A stretch of 64,000 bases of DNA from Pelagibacteraceae bacterium AG-464-P07 (GTDB lineage: Bacteria; Pseudomonadota; Alphaproteobacteria; Pelagibacterales; Pelagibacteraceae), in the NCBI GenBank assembly GCA_003211695.1, contig QCSA01000001.1:35116-99115 (forward strand), in the 5' to 3' direction. The translations under genes and the position numbers were made by a program. Of the stretch, positions 20,098 through 27,889 are shown one piece after another. The notes beneath the pieces are model-generated. The model worked only from the letters and a program-made list of their open reading frames with translations. It was not told the DNA's origin and made no database searches. Numbering within the stretch: position 1 is the stretch's first letter; each line of letters starts with the position of its first letter.

Positions 20098-20532
20098 ATG
20101 TTTTTAATATTATTAGAAAAGCTTGGAAGGAAAAAGTTATTACTGGACCGCGGGCCCGCTCATCCTGAATTTTATAAAGCAAAACCATGGATGAATCGAT
20201 ATTATGTATTATTTAAAAAAAGACCTAAGTGGTTTCCTTTTAATATTATAATTCATGAAATGCTGGATAACGATCACGGGGACGGAGTTCATAACCATAT
20301 GTGTCCTTATATTACAATTGTGTTAAGAGATGGTTACTGGGAAACCCTAAGTGATGGAAGACACTGGAGGTCACCAGGTTATATTGGTTTTCGCTCTGCT
20401 GACAATCTTCATAGAGTGGATTTAAAAACAGAAACGAAACCACTTACGATTTTTATTCCAGGACCCTTTGGATTAAGAAAGAAGCCTCGAGCAGTATATA
20501 ATCAGGATTTCAAGACCGAGAAAAACCAGTAA
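20098..20532 (+). CDS. Hypothetical protein with His-rich metal-binding-like motif
   Basis: 144-aa ORF with HEMLDNDHGDGVHNH...LHRV. It is locally GC-richer than its neighbours by eye. I recognise no family with confidence. Confidence 0.4.
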   Translation: MFLILLEKLGRKKLLLDRGPAHPEFYKAKPWMNRYYVLFKKRPKWFPFNIIIHEMLDNDHGDGVHNHMCPYITIVLRDGYWETLSDGRHWRSPGYIGFRSADNLHRVDLKTETKPLTIFIPGPFGLRKKPRAVYNQDFKTEKNQ

Positions 20533-20533
20533 T

Positions 20534-20950
20534 ATGCAGATTTTTTATGAATTGATTGTTAAAACTAAAGGCCAAGGTCTTTATGATTTTACAAAGGAAA
20601 CTATAGATTGGGTAAATAAACAAAAAATACATAGTGGAATATTAAACCTAAATATTTTACATACTAGCGCGTCACTAACTATTCAAGAAAACGCTGATCC
20701 AGATGTTCTTTACGATATTAAAAATTTTTTCGATAAATTAGTTCCAATGAATAATGATTTGTATAAACATACTACCGAAGGCATTGATGATATGCCTGCT
20801 CACTTAAAAACAATGTTGACCAATACCCAACTTACATTAAGTGTTAAAAACAAAAAACCAATCCTAGGAACCTGGCAAGGACTTTATTTGTTCGAACATC
20901 GATTAGAAAATCAGAACAGAACGATCTCCCATCATTTAATGGGTGATTAA
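20534..20950 (+). CDS. yjbQ: YjbQ/UPF0047 family protein (secondary thiamine-phosphate synthase family)
   Basis: ILHTSASLTIQENADPDV, DDMPAHLK and GTWQGLYLFEHR motifs. Confidence 0.8.
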   Translation: MQIFYELIVKTKGQGLYDFTKETIDWVNKQKIHSGILNLNILHTSASLTIQENADPDVLYDIKNFFDKLVPMNNDLYKHTTEGIDDMPAHLKTMLTNTQLTLSVKNKKPILGTWQGLYLFEHRLENQNRTISHHLMGD

Positions 20951-20954
20951 ATAA

Positions 20955-22280
20955 TTAACAATCCAGGGTATTTAATTTTTCCCAATCTGTAATTGGTTTT
21001 TCCTTTGAGAAAATTTCTTTGGAGTTAAAGTTATTTATTTCATTATTTTTTAATTTTATGTAACTATTAATTACTTTTTCATCAAACGCCTCATTTAGTT
21101 CTTGACTTTCCTTGAGCTTTTCCAGGGCGCTTTCTAAATCAAAGGGCAGTTTTTTTAGATGAGGATAATCTTTGTAATCTGTATACATGTTGATCAATAA
21201 TGGTTTACCAGGGTCTTTTTTTTTATCCATCCCATCTTTTCCTGCAGCAAGTATTCCAGCTTGTAACAAATATGGGTTTGCAGAACCATCCATTAACCTC
21301 AATTCAAATCTGCCTTCATCGGGTATTCTTATCATGTGTGTTCTATTATTTCCGCTATACGTGATACTACTTGGTGACCAAGTTGCACCAGATGAAGTAG
21401 CCGGAGCGTCAATTCTTCTATAGCTATTTATTGTAGGGTTGAAAAAGGCACTTAATGATTCAGCGGAATGCAAAATACCCCCAAGGAAGTTATAAGCTAT
21501 TTTTGATAAACCAAATCGGTCTCCTTTATCTAAAAATATATTTTTATCTCCTTGCCAAAGAGAAATATGTGCATGGCATCCGTTTCCAGTTAAATTTTCA
21601 AAGGGTTTTGGCATGAAAGTGGCTCTTAATCCATGTTTTTCAGCAATTGTTTTAACCATGAATTTAAAAAAAACGTGTCGATCAGCTGTTTGAAGACAGT
21701 CAGAATAATCCCAATTCATTTCAAATTGACCATTTGCATCTTCATGATCGTTTTGGTAGGGATTCCATCCTAATTGAATCATCGAGTCACATATCTCTTT
21801 AATTAACTCATATTGACGCATAAGTGCTGACTGGTCATAGCAAGGTTTGGACTGAATATCTTTTTTGTCAGCAATTTCTGTACCTTCACTGTTGATTAGA
21901 AAATACTCACACTCGACACCAGACTTCATAATTAAGTTTTTTTTGCTTAATTTTTCTATTTGTTTTTTTAACATTATACGCGGAGATGCATCTACTGGCT
22001 TATTATTCATTATTAAGTCTGAAGCAAGCCAACCAACTTCTTTATTCCATGGTAACAGAATTAAACTATCGGGATCAGGTATTGCAAACATGTCGGCATC
22101 CGCCGGCGTCATATCCAGCCATGTAGCGAACCCAGCAAATCCGGCTCCATTTTTTTGCATGTCTTTGATTGCACCTGCTGGAACTAATTTTGATCTTAAA
22201 ACACCAAAAAGATCAACAAAACTTATTAAAAAATACTTAATTTTTTTTTGTTTCGCAATTGATGCTAGATTTTTTGCCAT
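20955..22280 (-). CDS. Type III glutamine-synthetase-like ligase (GlnT/GmaS family)
   Basis: 441 aa. FVDLFGVLRSKLVP, GAGFAGFATWLDMTP, FMPKPF...GNGCHAHISLW and NSYRR motifs are typical of GSIII / gamma-glutamylmethylamide synthetase-like enzymes. Confidence 0.8.
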   Translation of the reverse strand: MAKNLASIAKQKKIKYFLISFVDLFGVLRSKLVPAGAIKDMQKNGAGFAGFATWLDMTPADADMFAIPDPDSLILLPWNKEVGWLASDLIMNNKPVDASPRIMLKKQIEKLSKKNLIMKSGVECEYFLINSEGTEIADKKDIQSKPCYDQSALMRQYELIKEICDSMIQLGWNPYQNDHEDANGQFEMNWDYSDCLQTADRHVFFKFMVKTIAEKHGLRATFMPKPFENLTGNGCHAHISLWQGDKNIFLDKGDRFGLSKIAYNFLGGILHSAESLSAFFNPTINSYRRIDAPATSSGATWSPSSITYSGNNRTHMIRIPDEGRFELRLMDGSANPYLLQAGILAAGKDGMDKKKDPGKPLLINMYTDYKDYPHLKKLPFDLESALEKLKESQELNEAFDEKVINSYIKLKNNEINNFNSKEIFSKEKPITDWEKLNTLDC

Positions 22281-22292
22281 AAAATAAATTAT

Positions 22293-22436
22293 TTATAAAA
22301 TTGAATCTTTGTAAAATAATAATAAAACTACAACAATAAATATTATTGCTAGGTAAACTCCATATTTTGCTTTTGGAAAAGCAATTCTGCTCATTCGATG
22401 TGGTATTTCAGGTTTTTTTTGATCTTTATCAAACAT
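22293..22436 (-). CDS. Possible 47-codon small membrane ORF (not in the supplied track)
   Basis: Hand translation gives MFDKDQKKPEIPHRMSRIAFPKAKYGVYLAIIFIVVVLLLFYKDSIL. It ends 13 nt before the GSIII-like start and begins just downstream of the amt-operon terminator. There is no homology support. Confidence 0.2.
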   Translation of the reverse strand: MFDKDQKKPEIPHRMSRIAFPKAKYGVYLAIIFIVVVLLLFYKDSIL

Positions 22437-22460
22437 AACAATTGTTTCAAAATTAACTTA

Positions 22461-22492
22461 AAAAAAAAGGGCGCTGGTAAAACCAGCGCCCT
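22461..22492 (-). terminator. Strong intrinsic terminator ending the amt operon
   Basis: GGGCGCTGG / CCAGCGCCC 9-bp GC stem with a 5-nt loop, followed on the minus strand by a T9 run. Confidence 0.85.
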
Positions 22493-22514
22493 AAATTCTT
22501 AATATTTTATAATA

Positions 22515-22736
22515 TTACCACTCGGGAATATTATTTTTATATTCGTTAGCTCCATGTTTCTTTCTAGCTAACTTTTGATGTTCTTCATCTTCTCCGGTAG
22601 CTGTAGCAAAAGTCCACCAAAGCCAGTAAATAATACCAGCAATTACCCACCACAGTTCGGTTCCAACGTAAGGATAAATTTGTCCTGCCACCTCACTTGC
22701 GGTTAGATGATCAACCCAATTTGTTACTGTAGCCAT
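22515..22736 (-). CDS. Small (73 aa) Trp-rich single-pass membrane protein co-transcribed with amt
   Basis: The ATG at 22736 is preceded by AAGGAGGG with a 6-nt spacer, and this SD overlaps the amt stop codon. TM segment LWWVIAGIIYWLWWTF and a charged C-tail. Confidence 0.6.
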   Translation of the reverse strand: MATVTNWVDHLTASEVAGQIYPYVGTELWWVIAGIIYWLWWTFATATGEDEEHQKLARKKHGANEYKNNIPEW

Positions 22737-22749
22737 ATATATCCCTCCT

Positions 22750-24129
22750 TTATCTATTGCTTGAAGCAACAGCTCTTTCATCTTTTCGAGCTTGCTCCAT
22801 TATGTTGTAGTCTAAACCAGCCAATTCAACATCGCGAGGTATACGTAATTTACCTGCACCATGAAGTATTTTAGCAAGTATCCAACCTGGTAAGAAACCA
22901 AGAACTCCGAACATAATAACTGCTCCGATAATCATTCCAATAGGATTAATTGCTGCATAACCATCGTATCCTGATGATGGATAGCCCCATAGAACAAAAC
23001 CGCATATTACAAGTCCGACAACTCCTGCATAACCATGCACCGCAACTGCACCAACGGCATCGTCAATTTTGAAACGACGTTCAACGATGTAATGTAGTTT
23101 ATATGCACAATATGTACCAATACCAGCTATTATCAGTGACTGCATTGGGTGATACAAATCATTACCCGCTGAAGCAGCGATGATACCAGCTAGTCCTCCT
23201 GAATAAGTCCAGAACGGATCGCCTTTAGAAACCCAATATCCAGCTAAAAATCCACCAGATAAAGACATCAAAAAGTTCATCGTAATACCACCAAGTGTTG
23301 TTGGTGTTATATAAATGTTAGTTGCGGTCCAGTAAGTTACTCCTTCCATTCCATATTCGGGTCCTAGATCAAATATTGGAATATTGCACGCCGCATAAAA
23401 TCCCCAGAAGCCTGTAAAAATTAAAAATAATCCTACACAAACTAGCCAAGGGTTTCTCGGTCCAATATTTCTCGGTTCTCCACTGGATGAAAATTTTCCA
23501 ATCCGTGGACCTAAGACAGCAAGTACACCTAAGGCAAATCCACCGCAAACTGCGTGAATTACGCCAGAAGCATACGCGTCGTGATAACCTAGAAGTTTAA
23601 CCATCCAACCATTGAAATGCCATCCCCAAGCAGCATCAATCGACCAGAATACAGAACCAATTGCGATGGCCAATATACCAAATGCAAAAGTTGTAATTCT
23701 TTCGATAACTGCTCCTGAGACAATAGAAGCTGCTGTCCATGAAAATAGTAAGAACGCAGCCCAGAACACTCCCATGATATGGTCGTTTAGATTAACTGCC
23801 ATTAAAGCATTTGTAGGATTAGCAAGCTCATTTGCCCCAAATCCTGCAACACCAATAAAAGCTTCGCTTTCCAAAATTAAACCACCGCCATGAATGTATG
23901 GTCCATTTGGAAATGCCCAGTATATCCACCAACCGAAAAAAAACCACGTAATTGTTACCAGAGGTATCAGCAACGTATTTTTCATCAACGTGTGTTGATG
24001 GTGTTTATAACGGGAAGCTCCGACTTCATACATACAGAATCCCACGTGAATTAAAAACATGAGTACCACTGTCATCCAGTAGTAAAATTCTGTAAACAAG
24101 GTCCTTAGAGCTGTTAACTCATTATCCAT
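22750..24129 (-). CDS. amt: Ammonium/methylammonium transporter, Amt family
   Basis: 459 aa, about 11 TM helices, Amt signatures (DAAWGWHFNGW..., VHGYAGVVGL). Strong SD GGGAGG upstream. Confidence 0.92.
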   Translation of the reverse strand: MDNELTALRTLFTEFYYWMTVVLMFLIHVGFCMYEVGASRYKHHQHTLMKNTLLIPLVTITWFFFGWWIYWAFPNGPYIHGGGLILESEAFIGVAGFGANELANPTNALMAVNLNDHIMGVFWAAFLLFSWTAASIVSGAVIERITTFAFGILAIAIGSVFWSIDAAWGWHFNGWMVKLLGYHDAYASGVIHAVCGGFALGVLAVLGPRIGKFSSSGEPRNIGPRNPWLVCVGLFLIFTGFWGFYAACNIPIFDLGPEYGMEGVTYWTATNIYITPTTLGGITMNFLMSLSGGFLAGYWVSKGDPFWTYSGGLAGIIAASAGNDLYHPMQSLIIAGIGTYCAYKLHYIVERRFKIDDAVGAVAVHGYAGVVGLVICGFVLWGYPSSGYDGYAAINPIGMIIGAVIMFGVLGFLPGWILAKILHGAGKLRIPRDVELAGLDYNIMEQARKDERAVASSNR

Positions 24130-24138
24130 ATTTCCTCC

Positions 24139-24162
24139 CTTATTTACTTATTTACTTATTTA
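24139..24162 (-). repeat. Tandem octamer (TAAATAAG)x3 in the amt leader, abutting its Shine-Dalgarno
   Basis: The plus strand reads CTTATTTA three times in perfect tandem. The first unit overlaps the SD. Confidence 0.8.
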
Positions 24163-24259
24163 ATGAGAATATTCTATTGTCTACATCAAGCAGTACAACA
24201 ATATAAAATTGTTATTTCCCAGTACTTTTAAACATTAATACAACTAATGATTGTAGACT

Positions 24260-24670
24260 TTAACCTTTTTTATAAGCCTTCTTTAAATCGACTAAAGGAT
24301 GTCGTGGAGACATTTGAAACTTAATTAATAATTCTCGAGCAATCATATCTCTTGATTGTTGATCGTTTGGTAGTTTGATTTTTTTTGGAATAGTAACCCA
24401 GCCATTAGCATTTCTACAAAAAACAGCGGGTCGACCTTCTTCGTATCCCATGTGAACATCTTCTAGCCAATTCAAATCATCCCACCCCATAGCTTCTACA
24501 TATTTTTTTAGAAAGGGAGTAATTTTTTTATAATCAGGCAACATGTTAACATCATATCTGTACCCGATATGTTGACCGATCATTTTTTCTCTAGCAGTCT
24601 CTTTTGAGGTTCCTAATTTTATTTTTTTTTCTTTTTTATTTTTAATTTTTTTCTTATTTTTCTTAGCCAT
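24260..24670 (-). CDS. Hypothetical protein with Lys-rich N-terminus, embedded in the mgs-amt operon
   Basis: 136-aa ORF 9 nt downstream of the mgsC-like stop. It begins MAKKNKKKIKNKKEKKIK followed by a globular region. No family recognised. Confidence 0.5.
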   Translation of the reverse strand: MAKKNKKKIKNKKEKKIKLGTSKETAREKMIGQHIGYRYDVNMLPDYKKITPFLKKYVEAMGWDDLNWLEDVHMGYEEGRPAVFCRNANGWVTIPKKIKLPNDQQSRDMIARELLIKFQMSPRHPLVDLKKAYKKG

Positions 24671-24679
24671 AATTAATTC

Positions 24680-26086
24680 TTATATTTTATGGAAGTCATC
24701 AACACCAACAGTGTGATTAGTTCCAGTCAAAGGTACTTTTGCTAAAGCAGAAGCTTCCATTGTTAATGCAGCTAAATCTTCTGGCTCTAACGAGTGAATG
24801 TTAGTTTTTCCACAGGCTCTAGCTAGAAGCTGAGCTTCCAAAGTCATTGCATGTAAATAATTATAAACTCTTAATGCAGCATCATCTGGATTTAATCTTT
24901 TCCTTAATTTTGGATCTTGAGTAGCAACTCCAACAGGACAACGACCTGTGTGACAATGATAGCAATGTCCAGCTTTAACTCCCATTTCTTTTTCAAAGTT
25001 GGCTTCAGGGATATCTTTGTTGCAGTTTAGTGCAATCAATGCGCCAGTTCCAATTGCTATTGCATCTGCACCTAAAGCTAAAGCTTTAGCCATATCTGCG
25101 CCATCTCTAACACCACCAGCATAGATTAATGTTACTCTTCCAGTTTGTCCTACATCGTCCAAAGCTCTCCTTGCTTCTCTAATTGCAGCAATACCAGGAA
25201 TACCCGTGTTTGCAGCGGCGATGTGTGGTCCTGCTCCAGTAGATCCTTCCATTCCATCTAAAAAAATAGAGTCTGGATTACATTTTGCAGCCATTCGAAC
25301 ATCATCATAAACTTTTGCAGCACCTAATTTTAATTGAATAGGAACTTTATTTTTTGTTAGCTCTCTTAATTCTTGAACTTTTAAAAATAAATCATCCGGA
25401 CCTAGCCAGTCGGGATGTCTTGCGGGTGACCTTTGATCAATACCAGAAGGTAAAGATCTCATTTCAGCAACTTGATCAGTAACTTTTTGACCCATTAAAT
25501 GTCCACCCATTCCAACTTTTTGACCTTGGCCGATGAATACTTCTATTGCATCGGCAAGTTGTGCGTGGTGTGGATTAAAACCATATCTTGATTGAATACA
25601 TTGGTAATACCATTTTTCAGAATATCTTCTTTCATCAGGTATCATTCCACCCTCTCCTGAACAGGTAGCACTACCAGCCATTGTAGCACCTCTTGCTAAA
25701 GCAGTTTTTGCTTCATATGAAAGTGCACCAAAACTCATACCAGTAATATAAACAGGAATATCTAATTCAATTGGGTTTTCGCATCTAGGACCAATTACAG
25801 TTTTTGTTTCACATTTCTCTCTATAACCCTCGATTACAAATCTTGTAAGAGTTCCTGGCAAGAAAACTAAATCATCAAATGTAGGAATTTTTTTCATTAA
25901 TGCCATTCCCCGCATTCTGTATCTTCCTAACTGAGCTTTTATATGAATATCGTCTATAACTTCAGGAGTAAAAATTACATTTTGCCCAAGCAAACTTTTG
26001 TTTTTGCTATCATCTTCATTTATATGTACGTCAGCTTTTCCGCCAACTTTACCATTGGCTTTTTCTTTAGGTTTCTTTTTAACCAT
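24680..26086 (-). CDS. mgsC: N-methylglutamate synthase subunit C-like (glutamate synthase FMN/GltB-domain-2 protein, GlxD-like)
   Basis: PIYITGMSFGALS, GEGG, GQGQKVGMGGHL, DGMEGSTGA and a C-terminal Cys cluster CYHCHTGRCPVG. Start and stop overlap the upstream subunit. Confidence 0.75.
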   Translation of the reverse strand: MVKKKPKEKANGKVGGKADVHINEDDSKNKSLLGQNVIFTPEVIDDIHIKAQLGRYRMRGMALMKKIPTFDDLVFLPGTLTRFVIEGYREKCETKTVIGPRCENPIELDIPVYITGMSFGALSYEAKTALARGATMAGSATCSGEGGMIPDERRYSEKWYYQCIQSRYGFNPHHAQLADAIEVFIGQGQKVGMGGHLMGQKVTDQVAEMRSLPSGIDQRSPARHPDWLGPDDLFLKVQELRELTKNKVPIQLKLGAAKVYDDVRMAAKCNPDSIFLDGMEGSTGAGPHIAAANTGIPGIAAIREARRALDDVGQTGRVTLIYAGGVRDGADMAKALALGADAIAIGTGALIALNCNKDIPEANFEKEMGVKAGHCYHCHTGRCPVGVATQDPKLRKRLNPDDAALRVYNYLHAMTLEAQLLARACGKTNIHSLEPEDLAALTMEASALAKVPLTGTNHTVGVDDFHKI

Positions 26087-26940
26087 TAAATTGCTCCTTT
26101 TTTCTCTGTAGGCTCTAAATTGTCATAATTCCAAAGTTTTTTACCAGCTACTATTTTTGTCATTTTACTGACATCAAAATTTTCATCAATTTCTGCCACT
26201 TTTAATTTTCTCTTTAGCCAATCTTTGTCACTAGAAGTTAAATCAGAAGTAACAGCATCACTTCCAAATGATCCAATTTTGCCACCAATAAATATATTTC
26301 CATCATACATAGAGTCACCTAAGTTTATTCCAACATTTCCTAGAACAATTATTCTTCCTCTTTGCATCATAAAACCAGTAAAAGCTCCAGCGTCCCCACC
26401 AACTATGATTGTGCCTCCTTTCATGTCAATACCAGTTCGAGCACCAACACTACCTTTACAAATTAAATCACCACCTCTTATAGCGGCCCCAAAACTTGAT
26501 CCTGCATTTTTTTCAACAACAACTTTTCCAGCCATTAAGTTTTGAGCACAAGACCATCCAACTCTTCCGTTAATTCTTACGCTTGGTCCATCACATGATC
26601 CGACACCAAAATATCCTAAACTTCCTTCGAAAATTAGATTTAGTTTATTTAAAATTCCAACACCTAAACTATGTTTTCCTTGAGGGTTTTTAATTACAAT
26701 TGTTCCATATCCTTCACTCATTAAGCTATCGATTTTTTTGTTAGCCTCAGGAGCTTCCATGTTCTTTACATCGAGTTCTGTTCTTTTATTGAAATCAACT
26801 TCGTAAGTTCCAAAGTAATAAAAATTTTCTGCCTCATCGGGATTGAAAAATTTTTGCTGCGTTCTTCCTGTTAAAACTTCCGTGTGCATACCCATTGATT
26901 GGGCTTTTGATTTTTTTTCTGTAGTTTTTAGATTTGCCAT
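26086..26940 (-). CDS. mgsB: N-methylglutamate synthase subunit B-like (GXGXG-motif glutamate synthase C-terminal domain protein, GlxC-like)
   Basis: Repeated GxxGxxxG beta-helix motifs (GSLGYFGVG, GSSFGAAIRGG, GARTGIDMKGG, GAFTGFMMQRG). Confidence 0.75.
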   Translation of the reverse strand: MANLKTTEKKSKAQSMGMHTEVLTGRTQQKFFNPDEAENFYYFGTYEVDFNKRTELDVKNMEAPEANKKIDSLMSEGYGTIVIKNPQGKHSLGVGILNKLNLIFEGSLGYFGVGSCDGPSVRINGRVGWSCAQNLMAGKVVVEKNAGSSFGAAIRGGDLICKGSVGARTGIDMKGGTIIVGGDAGAFTGFMMQRGRIIVLGNVGINLGDSMYDGNIFIGGKIGSFGSDAVTSDLTSSDKDWLKRKLKVAEIDENFDVSKMTKIVAGKKLWNYDNLEPTEKKGAI

Positions 26941-27869
26941 ACTTTTACTTCGCCATCAAATGGATCATAAGTATCAATCTCTTGTGGTAGAATTGATCTA
27001 ATAGCTATCTCTTCTGATCCCATTGCAACTAAATTATCCGATTCATAAAGTACTAATGGTTTTGCAGCCATAGTATCTTTTGCCATCCCTAAAGAATCTT
27101 TTGTTGCAACAAAATAAGTAAATACACCATCAAGTCCTTTTAAAGAGTCTTTCATTCCTTCTTCTAGAGTTGCGTCATTTCTCATTTTTTCTGCTAAGTA
27201 TACGGCGATAAGTTCAGAGTCGCATTCAGACATGAATCTCATACCTTTGTTTTCCAGTGCTCTTCTATTGTTCCAATAATTTGTTAATTGACCGTTATGA
27301 ACTACAGATACGTCGCTAAAAGGATAACCCCAAAAAGGATGAGCTGATTTAATATCAACACCAGACTCAGTTGCCATTCTAGCATGACCAATTCCATGAG
27401 TGCCGGTAATTTTGTCTAAATTGTATCTATCGCAAACTTCCTTTGCGTCACCAATATCTTTTATTAACTCTAAAGATTTTCCAATAGAAAGAATTTCAGT
27501 CATTTCTGCACTTTCAATTTTTTTAGAAAATTTCATTAAATCTTTATCGTATTTAATTTCATATCTAAAAGAATAAGGTGTAAGTCTTTCCTCTTTAACA
27601 ATTATAGCGCCTAAATCTGATAAATTTTTATCAACTATTTTTTTTCTTTCATCATAAACAGAGGCTTCTTCATTTACAGCATTACTACCTTCTCCAACGT
27701 TTTCACCAACTTTAAATCTCATGATAAAATTTTGGCCATCATTATCAGCATAAAGAGCGTATCCTGTTGAGTCAGGACCTCTATGTTTTAATGCTTGGAG
27801 CATACTCTGAAGCTCAGAACCTATATTTACTGATTTATCTTTATGAATTAGCCCTGCAATTCCACACAT
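26928..27869 (-). CDS. mgsA: N-methylglutamate synthase subunit A-like (class II glutamine amidotransferase, GlxB-like)
   Basis: MCGIAG N-terminal nucleophile Cys, so the ATG at 27869 (preceded by AAGGAAA) is preferred over the ORF-track start at 27902. Confidence 0.75.
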   Translation of the reverse strand: MCGIAGLIHKDKSVNIGSELQSMLQALKHRGPDSTGYALYADNDGQNFIMRFKVGENVGEGSNAVNEEASVYDERKKIVDKNLSDLGAIIVKEERLTPYSFRYEIKYDKDLMKFSKKIESAEMTEILSIGKSLELIKDIGDAKEVCDRYNLDKITGTHGIGHARMATESGVDIKSAHPFWGYPFSDVSVVHNGQLTNYWNNRRALENKGMRFMSECDSELIAVYLAEKMRNDATLEEGMKDSLKGLDGVFTYFVATKDSLGMAKDTMAAKPLVLYESDNLVAMGSEEIAIRSILPQEIDTYDPFDGEVKVWQI

Positions 27870-27889
27870 AATAATATTTCCTTTTTTGA

